DNA of 64,000 nucleotides from Gemmatimonadota bacterium (GTDB taxonomy: Bacteria > Gemmatimonadota > Gemmatimonadetes > Gemmatimonadales > GWC2-71-9). Below the pieces are notes generated by a model, which ran no database searches, had not been told where the DNA came from, and saw nothing but the letters and a program-made list of their open reading frames with translations. The DNA lies in contig JBGQIW010000003.1 in the NCBI GenBank assembly GCA_041498715.1, positions 2,395 to 66,394 on the forward strand. Direction: 5' to 3'. How positions within the stretch are numbered: position 1 is the stretch's first letter; every line of letters begins with the position of its first letter. Shown piece by piece: positions 29,032 to 38,374 of the stretch. A program made the position numbers and the translations under genes.

Positions 29032-29708
29032 TCGTCCACCACGGAGGAGAAAACCAGGGCGGCCAGCGTCACGAACACGACGTCGTACGCGGCGAGTATT
29101 CTAAGCCAGCCGAGCATCTCGCTCAACGGACGGTCGGCGAGCAGACGCGACGTCACCTGCACCGCTCCGACCAGCGGCGGCACCATGAAGGGCAGGAGCA
29201 GCACCGGGAGGAGCAGCTCCGCGAACCGTGTCCGCACCGCCATTGCTCCGAACACGGTGCCCACCGCCACGAATCCGATCGTGGCGAGCACCGCGGTTCC
29301 CACAATCCCCCAGAGCGAGCGCGACAGGTCCACGTTGAAGAACAGGACGAAAAGCGGCAGCGCCACCGCCTCCACCGCCGCCACGAAGGCGAGATTCGCC
29401 AGCAGTTTGCCGGCGAACAAGGCGCCGCGCGGGATCGGCGCGAGCAGAAGCCCGTCGATCGCGTCGTGCTCGCGCTCGACGGTGAAGGCCCGGTTCATCG
29501 CCACCATTGCCGCAAAGGCGAAGGTCACCCACAGCGCGCTGGGGGCCAGGTCGCCGGCGGACAGAGCGGTCGGATCCCTAGCGAAGTTGAAGATCACCAG
29601 GACCAGCGCAGCGAAGACCGTGGCGGAGAGTAGTGCCGTTTTGCTCCGAAGCTCGGCCCGGATGTCCTTGCCCGCGACCACCAGCGCCAGCCGGAGGCCC
29701 TCAGGCAT
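29028..29708 (-). CDS. ccmB: Heme exporter protein B
   Basis: KD.R.E.RSK, F..E...DGLLLAP and LLPVLLLP motifs. Confidence 0.9.
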   Translation of the reverse strand: MPEGLRLALVVAGKDIRAELRSKTALLSATVFAALVLVIFNFARDPTALSAGDLAPSALWVTFAFAAMVAMNRAFTVEREHDAIDGLLLAPIPRGALFAGKLLANLAFVAAVEAVALPLFVLFFNVDLSRSLWGIVGTAVLATIGFVAVGTVFGAMAVRTRFAELLLPVLLLPFMVPPLVGAVQVTSRLLADRPLSEMLGWLRILAAYDVVFVTLAALVFSSVVDE

Positions 29709-30417
29709 GCACCAGCGCGTGGTAGCGCGGGAGGAACCCCGCCAGCTCCCCCACCCGCGGCTCCTCCAGCACCCAGCGGCCGCCGGCGAGCACGGCAACC
29801 CGGGAAGCGAGCTGCCACGCCTCGTCGAGGTGGTGGGTCACCAGCACCAGGGCGAGGCCGGCCGCGAGCCGTTCGGCCAGGAGCTCCCGGAGCCGCTCGC
29901 CCGCCGGCGCGTCGAGGCCGGTGAAGGGCTCGTCCAGCAGCAGCAACCGCGGCGCGTGCACCAGCGCCCGAGCGATCGAGGCTCGCTGGAGCAGCCCCCG
30001 GCTCAGGTGTCTGGGCCGCTCGTCGCCCCGGCTGTCGAGCCCTACGGCGGCGAGCGCCCGCTCCGCGGCCGCTCCGGGATCGGGAAGGCCGTAGAGGCGC
30101 GCGGCCAGCACGACGTTCTCGCGCACGGTGAGGTCGTCGTAGAGCATCGACTGGTGGGAGACGAAGCCGATCGGGCGGCGAGCGTCAGGGTTCGACGGGC
30201 CAACCCGCGCGCCCAGCACCCAGACCTCGCCGGAACTCGGCCGAGCGAGCCCCGCCAGCACCCTGAGGAGCGTGGTCTTGCCCGCGCCGTTGGCGCCCGC
30301 CACCACCAGCGCTTCACCCGCCCGCACCCGGACGTCGAGACCCCGGAGCACGCGCAGCGCGCCGAACGCACGCTCGAGACCGACTGCGTCGAGAATCGCG
30401 TCGTCAGAGGACGGCAT
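29701..30417 (-). CDS. ccmA: Heme exporter ATP-binding protein
   Basis: GANGAGKT, LSRG and LDEPFTGLD motifs; upstream of ccmBC. Confidence 0.88.
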   Translation of the reverse strand: MPSSDDAILDAVGLERAFGALRVLRGLDVRVRAGEALVVAGANGAGKTTLLRVLAGLARPSSGEVWVLGARVGPSNPDARRPIGFVSHQSMLYDDLTVRENVVLAARLYGLPDPGAAAERALAAVGLDSRGDERPRHLSRGLLQRASIARALVHAPRLLLLDEPFTGLDAPAGERLRELLAERLAAGLALVLVTHHLDEAWQLASRVAVLAGGRWVLEEPRVGELAGFLPRYHALVHA

Positions 30418-30772
30418 CGATGCGTGCGCCGAGCTCGTCGAGACGGAAGGGTTTGAGGATGTAACCGGAGTGGGGAAGATCCAGCACTTTGAGCTGGGGC
30501 TCGATACTCATGTAGGCGGTCGTGATGATGACCGGCAGGTCCGGCTGCGAGTGGCGGATGCGGCGGAGAAGGTCCACCCCGTCGGTGTCCGGGAGCCGCA
30601 TGTCGAGCACGGCCACGTCCGGCGGATGCTCCGCCAACAGAGCGAGCGCCTCGGCGCCGGTGCTGGCGAAGAAGAGATCGTATCGCGGGTTGAAGTGCCG
30701 CTCGTAACTCAGTCGCAGGGCCGGCTCATCCTCCACGAACAGGACGCGCCGGCGCCCCTTGTCGTCAGTCAT
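30404..30772 (-). CDS. Single-domain response regulator (receiver)
   Basis: VLFVEDE, VLDMRLP, TTAY and KPF motifs. Confidence 0.9.
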   Translation of the reverse strand: MTDDKGRRRVLFVEDEPALRLSYERHFNPRYDLFFASTGAEALALLAEHPPDVAVLDMRLPDTDGVDLLRRIRHSQPDLPVIITTAYMSIEPQLKVLDLPHSGYILKPFRLDELGARIDAVL

Positions 30773-30894
30773 GCTTTGGCCTTCGAACGCGGGTCCGGGT
30801 ACCGGACCCAGCGGGGTCACGCAGGGGAAACGAACGGAGGAACACTAATTCGCCGGCAGGACACCGTCCATAGCGCGAGCGGCAGGAGCCGGGG

Positions 30895-31209
30895 TCAGGA
30901 GACCCCGGCCTCCAGCTGGAACAGATCGACGAGCTTGGTGACGACGAGCAGGAACCGGAGCTCGTCGTTGGGATTGCGGAGGACGACCACCTGCCGTCGC
31001 TCGGCGGCGCGTCGCTGGATCAGCATCAGGACGCCGAGTCCCGCGGAGTCGACCTGCCGCGTGCGGCTGAGATCGATGATCAGGTGCCCGGTCCCGTCGG
31101 GCAGCGAGTCCAGCATCTGGACCGCTGCCTTGCGAAACTCGACCCGGGTGTCGAGACCCAGGCGGTCGGGCGCAATAAGTTCGCGAGCTGTGCCGTGCGT
31201 GGTGTTCAT
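30895..31209 (-). CDS. STAS domain protein (anti-sigma factor antagonist)
   Basis: IDLS....DSAGLGVL motif; GGAGG upstream of ATG. Confidence 0.9.
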   Translation of the reverse strand: MNTTHGTARELIAPDRLGLDTRVEFRKAAVQMLDSLPDGTGHLIIDLSRTRQVDSAGLGVLMLIQRRAAERRQVVVLRNPNDELRFLLVVTKLVDLFQLEAGVS

Positions 31210-31258
31210 GAGGCCTCCCACACCCGACAAGGCTCGCGCGCAACTGCGGCTGGCCTAG

Positions 31259-31360
31259 TCCACCTTCGGCACCGAGCTATCTCACCCAATCCAAGACGGG
31301 CGGATGAGACCTCTAGTTTTGCGGCCCCGGATCGCTCCGGGTGTGCTCTTATCGGGCGGA
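31259..31360 (-). ncRNA. GEMM-I (c-di-GMP-I class) riboswitch, A20 variant (candidate c-AMP-GMP sensor)
   Basis: Minus strand UCCGCCCG-AUAAGAGCACAC-CCGGA-GCGA-UCCGG-GGCCGCAAAACUAGAGGUCUCA...UGAGAUAGCUCGGUGCCGAAGGUGGA; P1, P2 (GNRA loop) and P3 pair by hand. Confidence 0.8.
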
Positions 31361-31404
31361 TTTTTTTGTTCCGGGCCACCCTATGCGGCCCGACCACCCC
31401 ATGG

Positions 31405-31419
31405 GCGAGAGCGGTGCCA
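31405..31419 (-). promoter_or_regulatory. Sigma-54 -24/-12 promoter upstream of the riboswitch and STAS gene
   Basis: TGGCAC-CGCTC-TCGC (GG-N10-GC). Confidence 0.55.
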
Positions 31420-31583
31420 TCAGTCATAACTGTAATTGCATCAACGTGTTCCGCACGCCACCCAGCCGAGGAGGGAGGCCAGCTCCACCGCACTCCGCGG
31501 CAGACTCGGGAGAACTGCAACCGGGCTCTGGCTCCCGGACCCGGGCGGCCCTACCTTGAGTCTCCACCGTCATTCCCGGCCCC

Positions 31584-33539
<1,956 letters not shown>

Positions 33540-33553
33540 GAGGCGGTTAGCCG

Positions 33554-35461
33554 CTACAACTGTATCTGCGCCCCCAGCTCGACGACCCGGTTCGGCGGCA
33601 GCCCGAAGAACGTGGCCGCCGACTGGGCGTTCCGGGTCATCACGATGAACAGCCGCTTGCGCCACGTCGCCATCTTGCTCCTGCCGGTCGCAATCAACGT
33701 CTCCCGCCCCAGATAGAACGTCGTCTGCATCAGATTCACCGTGAGGCCGAGCCCGATCGGAGGCGGTTGGGCCAAGGCTTTCACCACGGTGGGGACGTCG
33801 GGCGTCTCCATGAAGCCGTACTGCGCGATCACCTGGCAGAAGCCTTCACCCAGAGCCCGCGTGCGCAGCCGCTCCTGCTCCGGGACGGCCGGGATCTCCT
33901 TCGTGACGATCGACAACAGGATCACCCGCTCGTGCAGCACCTGGTTGTGCTTCAGATGGTGCAGCAGCACCGGCGGTGCCCCGCTCGCGTCCGACGTCAG
34001 GAACACCGCCACGCCGGGCACCCTCGGCGGCTTCCGCCGTGCGATGTCCCGGAGGAAGAGGTCCATCGGGAGCGAGTTCTCGCGCATGATGCCGCCCAGC
34101 AGGACCCGGCCCTGCTTCCACGTCGCCATCAACGTGAAGATCGCGAGCGCCACGACGATGGGGAACCAGCCGCCGCTCGGCACTTTGACCAGGTTCGCCG
34201 AGAAGAAGGTGAGGTCCACGACCAGGAAGAGTCCGGCCAGACCGCCGGCCTTCCAGAGCGGCCAGCGCCACCGGGCCCGCATCACCTCGTAGTACAGCAC
34301 CGTCGTGATGGTCATGGTGCCCGTCACCGCGATCCCGTACGCCGCGGCCAGGTTGCTCGATGACCGATAGGCCAGCACCAGCCCGATGCAGGCCACCGCG
34401 AGCGCCTGATTCACCTCGGGGATGTAGATCTGCCCCACCTCGGTGTGCGACGTGTGCCTGATCGTGACCCGGGGACAGTAGCCCAGCTGCACCGCCTGCT
34501 GCGTGAGCGAGAACGCCCCGGAGATGAGGGCCTGGGATGCGACGATCGCCGCCGCGGTCGCCACCACGATCATCGGCAGCAGGAGCGGCGTCGGCACCAG
34601 CCCGTAGAACGGGTTCGACGCCGATGCCGGATCGTGCAGCAGGAGCGCCCCCTGCCCGAAGTAGTTGATCAGGAGGGCCGGGAGCACGAGCCCGAACCAC
34701 GCGAGCCGGATGGGACGCTTCCCGAAGTGCCCCATGTCGGCGTAAAGGGCCTCGCCGCCGGTGAACACGAGCACAACGGCCCCCAGAATCAGGAACCCGC
34801 GGAGGCCGTCCTCGAGAAAGAACTTCACCGCGTACCACGGATTCACCGCCCGGAGCACCGAGGGATCGAGCAGGATGCCCCTGATTCCCAGCAGCGTGAT
34901 GCAGATGAACCAGACCAGCGTGATCGGCCCGAAGACGGCGCCGACGCCGGCAGTGCCGCGCTTCTGGAAGAGAAACAGGCCGAGCAGGATCGCGACGGTG
35001 ATGGGCACGACGAACGGATCGAAGGCGGGCGCGATGACCTTGAGTCCTTCCATCGCGCCCAGCACGGAGATCGCCGGCGTGATGACGCCGTCACCGTAGA
35101 GCAGCGCGGCTCCGAAGAGGCCGAGCGGCAGAAGGACCCGGCGGATCCGGGCGCGGCCGGCCGTCCCCTTCGACCGCAGCAGCGCCATGAGCGCGAGGAT
35201 ACCGCCCTCGCCCCGGTTGTCGGCCCGCATGACCAGCGAGATGTACTTGAAGGAGACGACGAAGTTGAGCGACCAGACGATCAGCGACAGGATGCCGAGA
35301 ACATTGTCCACCGTGGGCGGCAGACCACGCTCGCCTTTGAAGCATTCCCGGAGCGCATAGAGTGGGCTGGTGCCGATGTCGCCGTAGACGACCCCCAACG
35401 CCGCCAGCCCCAGTCCGGCGAGCACCCGCCCGCGGGGCGGGGCCTTCGCGTCCTGCGACAC
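33554..35461 (-). CDS. kup: Kup potassium transporter
   Basis: GVVYGDIGTSPLY, GEALYADMGHFG and GQIYIP motifs. Confidence 0.96.
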   Translation of the reverse strand: MSQDAKAPPRGRVLAGLGLAALGVVYGDIGTSPLYALRECFKGERGLPPTVDNVLGILSLIVWSLNFVVSFKYISLVMRADNRGEGGILALMALLRSKGTAGRARIRRVLLPLGLFGAALLYGDGVITPAISVLGAMEGLKVIAPAFDPFVVPITVAILLGLFLFQKRGTAGVGAVFGPITLVWFICITLLGIRGILLDPSVLRAVNPWYAVKFFLEDGLRGFLILGAVVLVFTGGEALYADMGHFGKRPIRLAWFGLVLPALLINYFGQGALLLHDPASASNPFYGLVPTPLLLPMIVVATAAAIVASQALISGAFSLTQQAVQLGYCPRVTIRHTSHTEVGQIYIPEVNQALAVACIGLVLAYRSSSNLAAAYGIAVTGTMTITTVLYYEVMRARWRWPLWKAGGLAGLFLVVDLTFFSANLVKVPSGGWFPIVVALAIFTLMATWKQGRVLLGGIMRENSLPMDLFLRDIARRKPPRVPGVAVFLTSDASGAPPVLLHHLKHNQVLHERVILLSIVTKEIPAVPEQERLRTRALGEGFCQVIAQYGFMETPDVPTVVKALAQPPPIGLGLTVNLMQTTFYLGRETLIATGRSKMATWRKRLFIVMTRNAQSAATFFGLPPNRVVELGAQIQL

Positions 35462-35462
35462 G

Positions 35463-36137
35463 TCAGCGGGGCGTCAGCGAATCAACGAGCCGGGCGATGG
35501 CATCCGAGTCGAGCCGCCCCTGGTAGAGCCGCCCGGCCACGAGCAGCGTCGGGGTCCCGCTGACGCCGACGCGCACGCCCTCGTCATAGCTCGCCTGGAT
35601 GCGGCCGGCGTACTTCGCGGCCTGCATGCAGGCGTCGTAGCGGCCGAGATCGAGCCCGCTCGCCTCGGCGTACCGCCGGAACATGGGGGCCGCGTCCCGT
35701 GACTCGGCCCAGTCCTGCTGCCCTTCGTAAATCCGCCGGTGCTGCTCCCAGTACTTCCCCTGCTCGTCGGCGCAGGCGGCCGAATGGGCGGCGACCCGCG
35801 AGAACGAGTGCTGCTGCAGCGGGAAATCCCGGTAGCGCCAGCGGAGCCGCCCGGTGTCGATCAGCCGCTCCTTGATCGTGGGCATTTGGAGCGTCGAAAA
35901 CGTCTGGCAGAAGGGGCACTGGAAGTCCGCGTACTCGGTGATCTCTACCTTGGCACTGTCCGCGCCGAGAAGGTACCCCCGGAAGCCCGCCGTATCGGCG
36001 GGCTGCACGCTGACGTTGGCGGCGATGCTCGTGGTCTTGGGCCGCGACAGCATCCACCCGAGCGCGCCCACCCCGATCACCGCCACGCCAACGAGCGCGG
36101 TGTAGAAGCCTTTCATGCCGACGGGGGTGCCCGCCAT
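35463..36137 (-). CDS. DsbA family thioredoxin-fold protein
   Basis: YADFQCPFC, RDFPL and GTPT motifs; N-terminal TM. Confidence 0.88.
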   Translation of the reverse strand: MAGTPVGMKGFYTALVGVAVIGVGALGWMLSRPKTTSIAANVSVQPADTAGFRGYLLGADSAKVEITEYADFQCPFCQTFSTLQMPTIKERLIDTGRLRWRYRDFPLQQHSFSRVAAHSAACADEQGKYWEQHRRIYEGQQDWAESRDAAPMFRRYAEASGLDLGRYDACMQAAKYAGRIQASYDEGVRVGVSGTPTLLVAGRLYQGRLDSDAIARLVDSLTPR

Positions 36138-36418
36138 GGCTGCTCGTCCTCCGGATCCTCGAGCTTGAAGGGACCCTTTTTTTGGGCCTCCTCCACTATG
36201 CGCCGGCTCTCCGCGACCTCCGGCGTGTCGTAGGTGCTGCGAACCTCGTAATGGAACAGCTCGGACCGGGCGTCTCCCATCAGCCGCAGGAGCTCCGGCA
36301 CACCGCTCAGGAGCTGACCACCCCGGTCCAGCTCCTCGATTCGGACCGCCAGAGCGCGAAGCAGCTCGGCGAGACGCTCCGCCCGGTCCTTGTCGTACAC
36401 CTCGTCATGCTCAGCCAT
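36113..36418 (-). CDS. Hypothetical protein
   Basis: Protein-like composition, GAGG upstream, overlaps the dsbA start. Confidence 0.65.
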   Translation of the reverse strand: MAEHDEVYDKDRAERLAELLRALAVRIEELDRGGQLLSGVPELLRLMGDARSELFHYEVRSTYDTPEVAESRRIVEEAQKKGPFKLEDPEDEQPWRAPPSA

Positions 36419-36510
36419 GCCCGCCTCGCGGCGCCCCCGAGGGGAACCGTCCTCAAGTTTGCGTGGTTTGTACCGATGAATGTAACGGGGGAAGTGCAGG
36501 GACGAATACT

Positions 36511-36526
36511 TGGAACGTCCTTTGCA
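36511..36526 (+). promoter_or_regulatory. Sigma-54 -24/-12 promoter
   Basis: TGGAAC-GTCCT-TTGCA in an AT-richer intergenic region. Confidence 0.6.
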
Positions 36527-36599
36527 CCAAAAGGTGCGACCCTGTTATCTTCACCGCGGCGCAACACGCGCCCGCACACTTGAACCTGAAGGAAGGTAG

Positions 36600-36884
36600 A
36601 TGAGCAAGAAGAAGCCCAGACGTCTCCCGGCCGCCGCGTCCTCGTTCGATCAGGCCCGTGATGAGATGTTCAGTCACATCCTCCGGTGCGGCGTCATCGA
36701 AGCCCTCCCCGAGCACCAGAAGGAGTGGTTCGACGACACCATGCAGTACCTGACGGACCGCTATCCGGACCTGAGCGTAGAGGAGTTCGGCAGGCTGCGC
36801 ACGTTGGGTGAGCGGTATTGCCAGCCGGTTCAGCGCCGGCCGGAAGCGGCCCGACCCGAGAGCGCTGGTTCCGTCGCGGTCTGA
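36600..36884 (+). CDS. Small hypothetical protein
   Basis: AAGGAAGG RBS before ATG 36600; helical, protein-like composition. Confidence 0.75.
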   Translation: MSKKKPRRLPAAASSFDQARDEMFSHILRCGVIEALPEHQKEWFDDTMQYLTDRYPDLSVEEFGRLRTLGERYCQPVQRRPEAARPESAGSVAV

Positions 36885-36933
36885 CCCGAAGTCGCGGCGC
36901 ACATGATCGCCCCGGGCCGTTCGGCCTGGGGCG

Positions 36934-37392
36934 TCAATGTTTCCGGGCACCGGGCCAACGCCAGCGCCAACCGATCGTAACCCTGACTCCCCCACCCACC
37001 CCAGCCTCCAGCGCCCACCCCGATCGACCTCCCGGTGGCGCCTCGATCCCGATCAGCGCCACCACGTATCCCTGCTCCACCGGCCCGACCACTCCGGCGA
37101 TGCCTCCTCCCAGGTACACGCCCGGCCCGGCCGCCGCGGTGGGACTCAGGAGAAAATGGGCCAGCAGCTCCCCTCGGCCTGCCGCCCGCCCATCCGAGAC
37201 CCCGACGCCGGCCGTGGCCGCGATACGGAAGCGTGGCGACGGCCGGACGGCCGCATAGACCCCACCGGTGAGCAGCGCGGGATTGGCGGTGGTCACCAGC
37301 GCCTGCCCACCCGCCTCGTAGGTCGCCTGGGCCGCGGCCGCGCCGGCCCAGGCCGTGGCGAGGAACGGCAGACTACGCCAGATGGAGGTCAT
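36934..37392 (-). CDS. Secreted Gly-rich hypothetical protein, possible small outer-membrane beta-barrel
   Basis: Signal peptide ending AAAA-Q, amphipathic strands, C-terminal GWRWRW. Confidence 0.55.
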   Translation of the reverse strand: MTSIWRSLPFLATAWAGAAAAQATYEAGGQALVTTANPALLTGGVYAAVRPSPRFRIAATAGVGVSDGRAAGRGELLAHFLLSPTAAAGPGVYLGGGIAGVVGPVEQGYVVALIGIEAPPGGRSGWALEAGVGGGVRVTIGWRWRWPGARKH

Positions 37393-37783
37393 ACTCGACC
37401 GCGATGTCCGGCGCGAGCGAGTGCACGACCGAGCAGTATTTCTCGAGAGAAAGATCGATGGCCCGGCGGGCCTTGGCCTCGTCGAGGCCGGCACCGCTCA
37501 GGTGAAAGGCAAATCGGATGGACACGAACCGCCGGGGGACTGCTTCGCGGCGAACGCCCGCCACCTCGATCCGAAGCGAGGCCAGGCCGACCCGCATTTT
37601 CTCGAGGATCGAGACCACGTCCGCGCCGCTGCATGCCGCGGCAGCCATGAGCAGCGTGAGCGTCGGTCCGGGCGCCTCCGCATTGTCGGCGTCGATCAGC
37701 GAGGTCGGACCACCGGGGGCGCCGCCCCGGAAACGCATGCCGCCCTCCCACGCCACCACCACCCGCTTCGTCTCACCCGCCAC
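37373..37783 (-). CDS. OsmC/YhfA family protein
   Basis: P..LL.A.AAC...DV..IL.K and SLEKYCSV motifs. Confidence 0.9.
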   Translation of the reverse strand: MAGETKRVVVAWEGGMRFRGGAPGGPTSLIDADNAEAPGPTLTLLMAAAACSGADVVSILEKMRVGLASLRIEVAGVRREAVPRRFVSIRFAFHLSGAGLDEAKARRAIDLSLEKYCSVVHSLAPDIAVEYDLHLA

Positions 37784-37786
37784 CCG

Positions 37787-38338
37787 CTATCTCCCTACGG
37801 GCCGCTTCTCTCGGCCCGCGACGCGGCTGTAGTCCCAGATCGCATACAGCCCGACGGCCGCCGTGGCCCAGGCCAGCTCGTGCAGTTGCGCTGAATCCAG
37901 CAGAAACGCCATGAGGGTGAGCAACTGCCCCACGGTCACTGCCTTGCCACCGAGCCGCGCGGGAATGGCGCTCGCTCGGCGGGATACCGCCGTCACGACG
38001 AAGGCCACCGTGGCCACGATGTCCCGCAGGAGCACGCCGACTACCTCGTACCAGGCGAGCTGCCCCGAGAAGGCGACGACGCCGAATGCGGAGACCATGA
38101 ACAGCTTGTCGGCGACGGGATCGAGCACGGCACCAAGCCGGGAGGAGCCGAACCTGCGGGCGATGGGCCCGTCCAGCAGGTCTGTCGCGGCCGCGATCGC
38201 CACGATCCCGAGCCGCACCCCGACGTCCCGGACGAGCGGGAACGCTACCGCGAGCGGGATCCGCACCGCGGTCAGCAGATCGGCGGCGCTCCAGCGGGCC
38301 CGGGGTTGGCTTACGGAGTCGGCGCCGGGGGAGGTCAT
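37787..38338 (-). CDS. CDP-alcohol phosphatidyltransferase family protein
   Basis: DLLDG.IARR...S.LG..LDPVADK motif. Confidence 0.88.
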   Translation of the reverse strand: MTSPGADSVSQPRARWSAADLLTAVRIPLAVAFPLVRDVGVRLGIVAIAAATDLLDGPIARRFGSSRLGAVLDPVADKLFMVSAFGVVAFSGQLAWYEVVGVLLRDIVATVAFVVTAVSRRASAIPARLGGKAVTVGQLLTLMAFLLDSAQLHELAWATAAVGLYAIWDYSRVAGREKRPVGR

Positions 38339-38374
38339 GCCCAAACATACACGTCGGGTGGGGTGGCCCAGACG

